Origin: Octopus bimaculoides
Lineage: Eukaryota
Direction: 5' to 3'
DNA: 34,048 nucleotides
Assembly (NCBI RefSeq): GCF_001194135.2
Contig: NC_068998.1
Location: 7,452,702 to 7,486,749, forward strand
The translations under genes were made by a program, and so were the position numbers. Below are positions 1 to 10,149 of this stretch, piece by piece (the first letter of the stretch is position 1; each line of letters opens with the position of its first letter). Under the pieces are notes generated by a model. The model was given only the letters and a program-made list of their open reading frames with translations. It did no database searches and was not told the DNA's origin.

Positions 1-27
1 ATATATATATATATATATATATATATA

Positions 28-190
28 CGATGGGCTTCTATCAGTTTCCATCTACCAGATCCATTCAGAAGACTTTGGTCAGCCAGAGGCCTCAGTCGTA
101 GACACTTGCTCAAGTTGCCGTGCAGTGGGACTGACTCCAGAACCATGTCGTTGGAAAGCAGGCTTCTTACCACACATTCACTCCTGAGCC
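28..190 (-). mobile_element. tRNA-derived CORE-like SINE, group A
   Basis: Reverse complement of the head/box B/'ttgggcaagtgtctt' core/'ggtagatggaaactga' pattern seen at 16385-16550; its (TA)n tail occupies 1-27. Confidence 0.85.
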
Positions 191-194
191 AATT

Positions 195-350
195 ATCATC
201 ATCATCATCTAACATCTGCTTTCGATGCTGGCATGGGCTGGACTCTTTGCCCAGTGCTGGGAAGCTTCACCAGGTTCCAGTTTGATTTGATATGGTTTTC
301 ACAGTTCTCTGCCATTCCTGGTAATGCCAACCACTTTACAGTGTGTGCAC
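195..350 (-). mobile_element. Old RTE-type retroelement 3' end with (GAT)n tail
   Basis: Matches the 3' end of 5530-5945: 'aatgccaaccactttacagtgt', 'ctaacatctgctttcgatgctggcatggg' and an (ATC)n tail. Confidence 0.65.
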
Positions 351-379
351 TGTGTTCCATTGATCAGATCAAATAGAAC

Positions 380-790
380 CCCCATCGTTGTAACTGAAAG
401 AGTTCCATTTTCTGCACAACTGGTGTATATTACATATCTTTTTCATCATATTACCACTTGATTTTGTTGGCCATGCAGAATACAGCAAACATGATCTGTA
501 ATTAAGAATCCAGTTATTCCATGTTTTGTTCCCATAATGCACCTTGTCGATAAGAACAGGATAATTCTCTTATACAAGATACTAATGATTTCTTCAATGT
601 CTTACCCTGAGTGGTTTTATTCTTGGCTGTTTGCATAAGTTATTTAATATGGATTCTATTGTTTCTGCTATTGAAACGTTAGCAAACAGACTTCCTACGT
701 TTAAGGGGAAGTTGTTTCCTACTTCAATGTTTTCTCCTAAAATTTCTAGAAGCTCTTTAGAAGACTATACTGTTTTATTGTATTGTTTGA
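380..790 (-). pseudogene. Decayed Penelope-like element reverse transcriptase fragment
   Basis: Minus frame 764-594 reads SSKELLEILGENIEVGNNFPLNVGSLFANVSIAETIESILNNLCKQPRIKPLRVRH*, matching the Penelope RT motif (S)LDVxSLFTNVPxxETIxxIxxxL. After frameshifts it continues TLKKSLVSCIRE...GALWEQ..HGITG...MFAVFCMAN, resembling the QxxGxxMGS region. Stops and frameshifts are present. Not in the ORF track. Confidence 0.75.
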
Positions 791-1159
791 TAATGTTATT
801 TAATTATTTGTTAATTAATGAACAACACAGAATTCCTCTCAAAAATATATGATTGATGATAGAAGGAACACTCACAACACAACACAAAGTTACATTAAAC
901 ATGGAAAACATACACAAGTTACAAACAAGAATAATCACTTCATTAATGATGCATAAAGCTAAAAGTTAAAATTTAAATTCTGATCGTAATACATAATCAT
1001 GTTGACCCTGCTGACTATAATGTGGCAGCAAAAGTCACCAACATCACTTTATTCTGAAGATGAAACTATGAAGGTCTAGAAACTTCAGAGGTGTTAATTA
1101 GGAACTTTACTATTCCAAACAATCTGCAGAGATAGTTTGGGGAATCATCATTATGATTC

Positions 1160-1305
1160 AGTGCTTCCAATCCAAATTTTCCCAAGACACCTGATGAAGG
1201 CTGGAGGGTATATCAGATGGAACGTTGTGTTAACGACAGACAAGATGAGGACAAATATCCATCAAATATAAATGATGTAAGTAATGTGAATAATGTATTC
1301 ATACA
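1160..1305 (+). mobile_element. Penelope-like terminal (pLTR-type) repeat fragment
   Basis: Contains the hammerhead. Its downstream part 'caagatgaggacaaatatccatcaaatataaatgatgtaagtaatgtg' recurs at 30918-30975. Confidence 0.65.
1186..1231 (+). ncRNA. Degenerate minimal type I hammerhead ribozyme (Penelope-type)
   Basis: GACAC-CTGATGA-A-GGCTG-gagggtatat-CAGAT-GGAA-CGT-T-GTGTT: stem I GACAC/GTGTT, core CUGAUGA plus an extra A, partly intact stem II, GAAA mutated to GGAA, palindromic ACGU stem III, GUU cleavage triplet. Confidence 0.7.
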
Positions 1306-1539
1306 TGTGCTACTGCAAAAAGAGCAAGTAGTCCTGAAATACCTATTTACATCCATTACCTATTTTTCTATTTTTGATTTCACTGTTTACATAGATGTAT
1401 TCATATACGAAATGATGTAACTTTCAATGCAGGCTCTAAATTCTATAGAAATTCTGTAGAGAAGCACTCAAAAAAGGAACGATTACTTCCCAACATGAAA
1501 AAATAAATTCCTAGAGAGAAAAAAAGACGAAACAATAAA

Positions 1540-1608
1540 AACAATGGCATAATTATTCAATAAGACAATGCCCCCGTTCACATTGCAAGCACAGCAAAAG
1601 AATGGGTG
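1540..1608 (+). pseudogene. Tc1/mariner transposase fragment
   Basis: Reads NNGIIIQ*DNAPVHIASTAKEW, matching the (F)QQDNAPxH second-Asp motif, with an in-frame stop. Confidence 0.65.
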
Positions 1609-2220
1609 GAGTGTTTTCAGCGGGACCAAATTTTGTTTGCATTAAATAAACAGATCTTTATAGAGTTAAATAAGCCTAATGCTTGAGCGCTAACCTAAAA
1701 GATATCTGAAGAATATAATATGAAACAAAGCATGTGATTACTCTTTTATGAAACCGGCATTCATATAAAAATGTTTTAATTCAAACTAGAATAATATGAT
1801 ATTAAACCAAATCAAGTTAAAGAATATTGAATATAGCTTCACCTGTAACTTGATGCAGAAGCTACTGTTGCAGCTCATAGACTAATCATATGAAACTACA
1901 CAGTCTAGCAGTTACTCAGAGGCACACACACACACACACACACACNNNNNNNNNNNNNNNNNNNNNNNNNNNNNNNNNNNNNNNNNNNNNNNNNNNNNNN
2001 NNNNNNNNNNNNNNNNNNNNNNNNNNNNNNNNNNNNNNNNNNNNNNNNNNNNNNNNNNNNNNNNNNNNNNNNNNNNNNNNNNNNNNNNNNNNNNNNNNNN
2101 NNNNNNNNNNNNNNNNNNNNNNNNNNNNNNNNNNNNNNNNNNNNNNNNNNNNNNNNNNNNNNNNNNNNNNNNNNNNNNNNNNNNNNNNNNNNNNNNNNNN
2201 NNNNNNNNNNNNNNNNNNNN

Positions 2221-2260
<40 letters not shown>

Positions 2261-2633
2261 CATACATACGCACACATGTATATTCCCAAACATTCACACA
2301 TAAGTGAGTGAATAAATGAAAGGAAAAACCTCTCGATGTATACACACAAACACACTGGCACACTGAACATATGTACATATACTAATCTGACGCACTATAT
2401 ACCATTATGTACAAATATGTGTACAGTAGTAATACAGGCTTACATACTTTTATAACAGAAGCACACATACATAAGCATACAGAGAAGTGTATAACCGTGC
2501 AAGCACATTCAGCTACATAGATGTGCTCATTCATATGACTACGTACATGAAAGAAATCTATAAAACTCTGTTATATAAATGTATATGTACATATATATAC
2601 CTGCACGGATCTCCGATATATATATATATATAG

Positions 2634-2772
2634 AGGTGGAGGAGTGGATGTGTGTGGTAAGTAATTTGTTTACCAATAACATGATTCTGGGTTCAGTTCC
2701 ACTACCTGGCATCTTGGCCAAATGTTTTCTACTATAGCCTGGGACTGACCAAAGCCTTGTGAGTGGATTTGG
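2634..2772 (+). mobile_element. SINE group A
   Basis: Head 'ggagtggatgtgtgtggtaag', box B 'gggttcagttcc', core, 'ccaaagccttgtgagtggatttgg'. Confidence 0.85.
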
Positions 2773-2866
2773 CCCGAGGCTATAGCAGAAGACATTTGCC
2801 CAAGATGCCATGCAGTGGGAATGGATCCAGAACCATGTGGTTGGTAAGCAAGCTACTTACCACACA
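2773..2866 (-). mobile_element. SINE group A, truncated, inverted against the preceding copy
   Basis: Reverse complement aligns to 2651-2743 with 15 mismatches and 1 gap by manual alignment. Confidence 0.85.
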
Positions 2867-3005
2867 AAGCTTCTTTCAGTTTCTGTCTACAAAATACACT
2901 CCTAAAGTTTCCATCAGACCAGAGCTATTGTAGGAGAGACATGTCCTGATATGTCATACAATGGGATTGAACTCACAACCATGCTATTGGGAAGCAAACC
3001 TCTTA
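2867..3005 (-). mobile_element. SINE group A, older copy
   Basis: 'cttctttcagtttctgtctac' tail and 'gggattgaactcacaacc' (box B, reverse complement). Confidence 0.7.
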
Positions 3006-3188
3006 GTGACACGGACGAAGACCACACTTAGCTACATTGATATTGATATTCGCAAAGACACACAAATACAACAGGATATCAAGGATGTATCAACGTTAAT
3101 GGGTGACAGTTTCCTGGCAATGCGTAATGGAACACATCCCAGTAGCTGCTACTTGAAGGAGAAGATATATATATGTATGTAATTATGA

Positions 3189-3190
<2 letters not shown>

Positions 3191-3273
<83 letters not shown>

Positions 3274-3300
3274 TGTATATATATACACATACATATATAT
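3191..3300. repeat. Compound (TA)n(GA)n microsatellite
   Basis: Direct reading. Confidence 0.95.
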
Positions 3301-3956
3301 ATGTGTGTGTGTGTATTCATCCTTGTATGGCCTGTGTATGTGTCAATGTATCTGTGTGTATATGTGTGTGGTTTTCACAAAACCTCTGTATATTATTTTA
3401 TTTACTGAACACAAGGGTTCAGACAGCAGAATATTGACAATACGACTAACAGGATTTAAAGACAAAATAGTTTTATTGATATTTCTTACAGCATTTCACA
3501 GCCTGCCATTATAAACTGTGAAGATATTAACTTGCTGAAAATGGGATTTACAATACGAGAAAGGAGATGACATTCAAAATTCCATCAATAATACATTATT
3601 AATAAATGTCTCCACTGACATAATCCCTTGTTTCTGTATCAATTCTCTCACCATATTAAGAAGTTGGAACAACATTTTAACTTGAGTACGAAATCATTTA
3701 CAGCAATAGCTGCACTAACAGAACAAGCCATTAAATATGTTAACCTACTTTTCTTATGCTAAAGTTATTACACTAATAATAAATAAGCACAGTGTCTTGG
3801 TCAGTGCATATACGAATGGTTGATATGAGTTTATGTATCTGAATACCTCAGTAATCCGGGCAATTTTCTTCCAATTTTCATTTCTTCTGCTATTGAGTTA
3901 ATCTTCTTCAAGCATTTTTAATAGGTTGCTCAAAGATATAATTTTATATATATGCA

Positions 3957-4083
3957 CAGGTGCAGGTATGGCAATGTGGTAAGAAACTTGCTTCCAAACC
4001 ACATGATTCTGGGTTCAGTCCCACTGTGTGGCACTTTGGGCAAGTGTCTTCTACTATCGCCTTGGGCCATCCAAAGTCTTATG
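3957..4083 (+). mobile_element. SINE group A
   Basis: Head, box B 'gggttcagtccc', core 'ggcactttgggcaagtgtctt'. Confidence 0.85.
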
Positions 4084-4314
4084 AATATATATGTATACAC
4101 ATATACATACACGCACACACACAAGTACATTTACTTATTTATATTTTTCTACTTATATATACATGTATATAAACAATAAATTGTATATATATATAGTCAT
4201 GTACAAACCCACATATACACACACACACACGCACACACACATATATATTTATATACATGCATACACAGACATATACAAACACACACAAATGGAATGAACT
4301 TTGAGATTATACAT

Positions 4315-4500
4315 ACTCTTTTACTCTTTTTCTCTTTTACTTGTTTCAGTCATTTGACTGTGGCCATGCTGGAGCACCGCCTTTAGTCGAGCAAATCGAC
4401 CCCAGGACTTATTCTATCGGTCTCTATTACCGAACTGCTAAGTTACGGGGATGTAAACACATCAGCATCGGTTGTCAAGCGATGTTGGGGGGACAAACAC
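4315..4500 (-). mobile_element. SINE-type module, group C
   Basis: Reverse complement of 19548-19730, with an (AAAGAGT)-like tail; adjoins a (CA)n tract and a gap. Confidence 0.85.
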
Positions 4501-4995
4501 AGACACACAAACATACACACACACACACACACACACATATACATACANNNNNNNNNNNNNNNNNNNNNNNNNNNNNNNNNNNNNNNNNNNNNNNNNNNNN
4601 NNNNNNNNNNNNNNNNNNNNNNNNNNNNNNNNNNNNNNNNNNNNNNNNNNNNNNNNNNNNNNNNNNNNNNNNNNNNNNNNNNNNNNNNNNNNNNNNNNNN
4701 NNNNNNNNNNNNNNNNNNNNNNNNNNNNNNNNNNNNNNNNNNNNNNNNNNNNNNNNNNNNNNNNNNNNNNNNNNNNNNNNNNNNNNNNNNNNNNNNNNNN
4801 NNNNNNNNNNNNNNNNNNNNNNNNNNNNNNNNNNNNNNNNNNNNNNNNNNNNNNNNNNNNNNNNNNNNNNNNNNNNNNNNNNNNNNNNNNNNNNNNNNNN
4901 NNNNNNNNNNNNNNNNNNNNNNNNNNNNNNNNNNNNNNNNNNNNNNNNNNNNNNNNNNNNNNNNNNNNNNNNNNNNNNNNNNNNNNNNNNNNNNN

Positions 4996-5037
<42 letters not shown>

Positions 5038-5529
5038 TGACATGAAACCAAACCTGTTGTTACAACAAAAGAATTTGAAATGTCGTATACTTTAGAAAAC
5101 AACTCTCTAGAGGACGATTTCTCTGATTGCCTACCATTTTTGTATATAAAATTTCAATCATGAAATTGGAATTATATCTGTATATATTCGTCTAATACAT
5201 CAACAATGTATTGCTGCACAAAGCCTAATAAAATGGCCCAATAGACCTAATATGCAGTTAAAATCAATAATATGTGAAATATATAATGTGAAAAAGGCGA
5301 ACTAAAAACTCATTCTAGGTATCCATATCAATATATAATGTATATATGATTGCACTGGACCTAACCTTTATTTATCTCTCACACACACAAAAAAAAAAAA
5401 AATAATTATATGCAGAGTAAAACTGAATGATTTTGTTTTATTTTAAAACAAGTGAGTTTATTCAGTTCACATTAGATTTATTTGCATAGCATTCGATTTG
5501 TATTCAATAAGATATTTTATCGAACTAAA

Positions 5530-5948
5530 TTCGACGACTGGCACCCATGCCAACGTCGTCTCCTTCATTGGACATGAAACTCGGCTTGCGAAGACCTGTT
5601 GGGGCAAGCGAAAGCAAAATCGTGATGGCACCTGTGCCCAGCGTCGCCTTCCTGGCACGTGCCGGTGGCACATGTAAAGACATTCGAGCGAGATCGTTGC
5701 CAGTGCCGCTGGACTGAGCGTGGTTGTGGCCAATACCGCCTGACTGGCCTTCGTGCCGGTGGCACATAAAAGCACCCACTACACTCTCGGAGTGGTTGGC
5801 GTTAGGAAGGGCATCCAGCTGTAGAAATTCTGCCAGGTCAGATTGGTGTCTGGTGTAGCCATCTGGTTCAACAGTCCTCAGTCAAATCATCCAACCCATG
5901 CTACCATGGAAGGCGGACGTTAAACGATGATGATGATGATGATAATGA
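5530..5948 (+). mobile_element. RTE-type retroelement 3' region with (GAT)n tail
   Basis: 'ggttggcgttaggaagggcatccagctgtagaaa' and 'cccatgctaccatggaaggcggacgttaaac(gat)n' end. Related pieces at 195-350, 11703-11770 and 32121-32232. The RTE assignment is from recalled 3'-end motifs. Confidence 0.7.
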
Positions 5949-6451
5949 TATCTGGGAGTTGTAGCGTGTTCCTCTAATCCTGCTAGTTTGGGGATTGGTT
6001 GGTTGGCCAGTTTGAGGATAGGAGTCCTGGTAGTCGGTCTTCTATGGTGATCAGGTGTCCGCGCTAAGCTCAGCATCAATACGGTGGTGGAGAGGGAGCT
6101 CGTCAGGACCAGGTTGTCTAAAGAGAGTCGGTTTTGGCCCAGGGTGGAAACACAGCAAGAAAAAGTTGGCCAGTAGTTTGTGGATTGGTATTTGACTATC
6201 GCGGATGTTACAGTCCAAAAACTCCCTGTGATAGGTGAAAATTTGTGAAGTAGAAAGAGTATTATACTGTATTTTTTTTTTGTTATTTTTCTAATTTATA
6301 TATATTTATTTTATTATAAATGCAAAACAACACCATGGAGGAATCGATGTAATCTTAAATAATAGATGACGATAGGTGAACCACGATATGGTGATGGATT
6401 ACTGTATTTACTGCATTAGACAAAATACCTAGCAATATTTATTCAAGCCCT

Positions 6452-6667
6452 AAGGTGGTGAGCTGGCAGAATTGTTAGCACACCGGGCGAAATGCTTAGC
6501 AGTATTTCGTCTGTCTTTGCGTTCTGAGTTCAAATTCCGCTGAGGTCGACTATGCCTTTCATCCTTTCGAGGTCGATAAATTAAGTACCAGTCATGTAGT
6601 GGGGTCGATCTAATCAACTGACCCCCTTCCCAAAAATGTTGGGCCTTGTGCCTAGAGGAGAAAAGAA
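6452..6667 (+). mobile_element. tRNA-derived SINE, group B, full length
   Basis: Box A-like 'tggcagaattgttag', box B 'gagttcaaattcc', central 'gcctttcatcctttcgaggtcgataaattaagtaccag', 'ggccttgtgccta' tail. Confidence 0.88.
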
Positions 6668-6810
6668 GTTCAATTTCCACTGCGGTCAAATTCACCTTTC
6701 ATCTTCATCTTTCTGGGATCAACAAAATAAGGTACTGGATAATATTTTAACGATATACAACACTTCACCCCCAAACTCTCCAGCCCTTGTGCCTATGCGA
6801 ATTATTATAT
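6668..6810 (+). mobile_element. SINE group B, 5'-truncated older copy
   Basis: Starts at box B 'gttcaatttcc'; ends 'cccttgtgcctat'. Confidence 0.65.
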
Positions 6811-7479
6811 TTGACAAATTGAAGCAGCTAAGTACGATTTCACTCACTGGTATTATTTAGTAAAGAAATTGAAAAAATAAATGAATAAATAAACAAAAGT
6901 TATTTTCAAAAGTCGTACTTGATTGCTGTTATAAATGTTATTTGCAATTAACCAATTACACTTCAAAGAACGTTACCTTTAGTATTTAAGTACAAATAAA
7001 TTGAATGAAGCGAGAATGTGGATTATAAACAGATATAAATTGAGACATGCGAAAAATACTATAAAAAAGTCCCCCAAAAGACTCAATAACTTTTGAATTC
7101 ATCAATAAATGATAATATGGTGTGAAATTTTAGTTTCTTTTTGTTTTGTTTTGTATCATTTATTTAAATTCAGTTTTAATTTATAATTCAATTTTTTTTT
7201 TCTTTAAACTCTTTTTTTTAAATTTTGTGAATCATAAGCTCTTTGACATTTATAATTACTTTGAAATGAATTTAAGTGAAATGGTTATTTCTATTAAAAA
7301 TTCAAAAGAATTCTCTTCCATATTTCATAACTAAATTCTTACTATATTCTTTTAATTTAAAAAAAAAAAAACGAAGCAAAAAAAAACTTTGTTACATTAA
7401 TGAAGTTGTTGGCTTTCATACATTGGAAACTCTTGGTAATAATTAAAAGATTACCTTTCTTTCAGTTATTTCATTGTTG

Positions 7480-7620
7480 CCGTGCATATGATCATTAGTA
7501 TCGCCATGATCATCATTATCATCATCATCATTATCATCGTCGCCATCACCATCGTCACCATCATCATCATCGTCACTATCATCATCATCGTCGCCATCCG
7601 TATCATCATCCTTATCACCA
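7480..7620. repeat. Degenerate (ATC)n microsatellite
   Basis: Direct reading; source of the poly-D and poly-M ORFs. Confidence 0.9.
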
Positions 7621-7621
7621 C

Positions 7622-7715
7622 CAGTATACCAGTTGAATATGAGGGTCGATGTAATTGATTTACACCCTCTCCCAAAACGGGTGGCCATCTGCCAAAATTT
7701 GAAACCATCATTATC
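7622..7715 (+). mobile_element. SINE group B 3' fragment
   Basis: 'taccagttgaatatgagggtcgatgtaattgattt...aaatttgaaacc'. Confidence 0.6.
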
Positions 7716-7867
7716 ATTGTTGTTGTTGTTGCCCTTTCTTCTTCTTATTATTATTACCATTATCATGCTTGTACAGGCTAATATAATAAGTAGGGCAGTT
7801 ACCTTGAGGTTTGATGACGAGTCTCCTGAAATCTCAAGAATCTTTCTTAGGAATTTAGATTCATATC

Positions 7868-8090
7868 TCTTTCTTTATTGCCCACAGGGGGCTAAACATA
7901 GAGAGGACAAACAAGGACAGACAAAAGGATTAAGTCGATTACATCGATCCCAGTGCATAACTGGTACTTATTTAATTGACCCCGAAAAGATGAAAGGCAA
8001 AGTCCACCGCAACGGAATTTGAACTCAGAACGTAATGGTAGACAAAATACCGCTGAGTATTTTGCCCGGCGTGCTAACGATTCTGCCAGG
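7868..8090 (-). mobile_element. SINE group B with alternative 3' tail
   Basis: B head and core on the minus strand, followed by 'ttgtctgtccttgtttgtcctctctatgtttagccccctgtgggcaataaagaaag'. Confidence 0.88.
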
Positions 8091-8277
8091 AAGTTGGAAT
8101 CGGATTGCTGTGCTCTTTTTAATAATGGAATATTGCAGCAGATGATGCTTAGTTATTCTGTTTAGTTCCTGCAATTTGATTCTTAAATATTTGTGTCGTA
8201 TCTGATATGGGCTTTGAAATGCTAACATTCCTCATTCTATCTTGGAATTTCCAAATATGCTTTGAAAGAAAAGTTAT

Positions 8278-8372
8278 CGCCTGCAAAAGGACTTGAACCC
8301 TCGACCCTCAGATGTCCTTATAATTAAGTAATTCATAAAAATCTGATGCTCTACCGAATAAGCTACGCAGAT
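8278..8372 (-). tRNA. tRNA-Lys-TTT: tRNA-Lys(UUU) with a 22-nt intron at the canonical 37/38 position; probably degenerate or a pseudogene
   Basis: Minus strand: ATCTGCG TA GCTT ATTCGGTA GAGC A TCAGA TT TTT A [intron 8335-8314 TGAATTACTTAATTATAAGGAC] A TCTGA GGGTC GAGGG TTCAAGT CCTTT TGCAGGC G. Exons are 37+36=73 nt, closely resembling eukaryotic tRNA-Lys-UUU. Box B is intact and a TTTT terminator lies 5 nt downstream. Defects: A1:C72 mismatch, C32T, G15T, three added G-U pairs (one acceptor, two T stem). Confidence 0.88.
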
Positions 8373-9057
8373 GCAGGCTGACCTCAAATAATAAGAGAAG
8401 GAATGGAATACCTTATAACTTGGTCTTAGGTATACTCTGAAATGATGGGAGGGTCATGGATGGAACGATTTTCAATCATAAGCTTGCTAACATGGAAATA
8501 AACAACTAAAGAAACAACACCACCACCATCATCAACAACAACAACAACAACAGACAATGTACAGTTTTAGGCCAGCATACCATAAAGAAAACAGACCATG
8601 ACTTTTGGTTTTGACATTGATGACAATGCTGGTGATGCTGGTGATGCTGGTGATGCTATTGGTGTTGGTGATGTTGGCGGCGATGGTGGCACCGACTGTG
8701 TCGGCAACAACAAATGGATGGAAGATGGCGGAGGTGGGGGGGGAGTAGAGCGGAGGGGGGGACGAGAACGATGTTGACGTCAACAGCAACAGTAGTGATG
8801 ATGATGATGTATGCGCTCGGTAAACATTACCTCATCACTATCAACAGCCGACCAATCGAAAAGAGAAGTAAATAAACACACGTCTCCCCAATGAGAAATA
8901 TATAGACTTTTGATATTCGTAGTCAATAGTGTTAGAGTAGATTGGTTTTTCATCTTGCTAACACCATTGGCTGTTAACTGATTGTTATTATTAAATGTTT
9001 TATTTGCCTTTGTTTCTTTGCCATTAATTTAATCTGTATATTTCATCGTTCACAATA

Positions 9058-9240
9058 TAGGCACAGACATTGCTTTGTGGTTATGAAGTTTGCATCACAA
9101 CCTTACGTTTCGTGGTTCAATCCCAGTTCATTACGACTTGGCCAAGTGTCTTTCTACCATCGCTCTTACACTTCGGTTGCTCAAGGATTTGCGAGTGGAA
9201 TTTGGTGTACAGAAAAATGTAGGGTAACTGGGAAGCCAGA
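9058..9240 (+). mobile_element. SINE group A, highly diverged
   Basis: 'gtggttcaatccc' box B, 'cttggccaagtgtctt' core, 'ggatttgcgagtggaatttgg'. Confidence 0.6.
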
Positions 9241-9247
9241 CAGTTTC

Positions 9248-9295
<48 letters not shown>

Positions 9296-9370
9296 GTCTG
9301 CCTCTATCTGTCCGCCTGTCTGTCTGTCTATCTATCTATCTTTCTATCAGTTTGTCTGTCTGTCTGTCTG
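9248..9370. repeat. (TCTA)n/(TCTG)n microsatellite
   Basis: Direct reading. Confidence 0.95.
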
Positions 9371-9372
9371 GC

Positions 9373-9541
9373 CACTAGCATAGCCCAGGGTGGAGGCGGT
9401 TGGGGCAATCCACCCCAGCCAGCACATGTAAAGGGACGGCCCTTTTGGGTCTGTTGTAGATAATATTTGCTTTTTGTGAGGTCTGATGAGCAGTAAATGG
9501 AAGGGCTGCCCCAGGCGGCACACACTCTAGCTACACTAGTT
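9373..9541. mobile_element. Possible MITE with degenerate terminal inverted repeats
   Basis: GC-rich island. Left 9374-9411 versus reverse complement of 9503-9540 match 23/38 ungapped (9/11 at the terminus). No TSD seen. Confidence 0.4.
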
Positions 9542-9631
9542 CATCTGCCTGCTTGTCTCTCTGTATGTGTGTGTATGTGCCTGTCTGTCTGTCTCACTAT
9601 CTCTCTCTTTCTCTCTCTATCTCTCTCCCTC

Positions 9632-9675
<44 letters not shown>

Positions 9676-10149
9676 TTTATATATACAAATTTACATATGT
9701 ATATATATGTGTAAGAATATATATGTACGTATATGTGTATATAAACATGTATATGTGCATATATGCGTGTGTGTGTTTACATATGTATGTATATATATGT
9801 GTGTATGTGTGTATCGATGTGTGCTTCAAAGCCTATGGCTGATTCTGTTCACTTTTCTATTTTAGGTTATAAAAGTAGATATCTTACATATGGTTGTATG
9901 ATAGCAATCTTAGTTTTATCTCATAGTTTTATTATTACATCACACCTTGTAGTAAGCAACTACGATGCTTACTTCTGTCATAAACATGTCTCTGTATTTT
10001 CAAGCATGACTTAGAGATTCAACAAAAAGATTTTAATAAAATGAGTGCCACACTGAAGTAAACAGTGAGATCAATATAGATGTCTGAAAGCACTGAAGGC
10101 ATTGCTCACGTATGACCAGAAGTCAGTGGTTGTAACTAGTAATAGCCCC

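Noticed and set aside
3652-3714. Candidate 63-nt minus-strand exon (ttctgttag|...ATG|gtgaga; AAIAVNDFVLKLKCCSNFLI)
   Set aside because: Plausible splice sites and an open frame, but no recognisable homology or partner exon. Such cases arise by chance; RNA-seq junctions would be needed.
8532-8789. 85-aa low-complexity ORF (TSI repeats) near the tRNA
   Set aside because: Explained by a GGTGATGCT triplicate and G/CAA runs.
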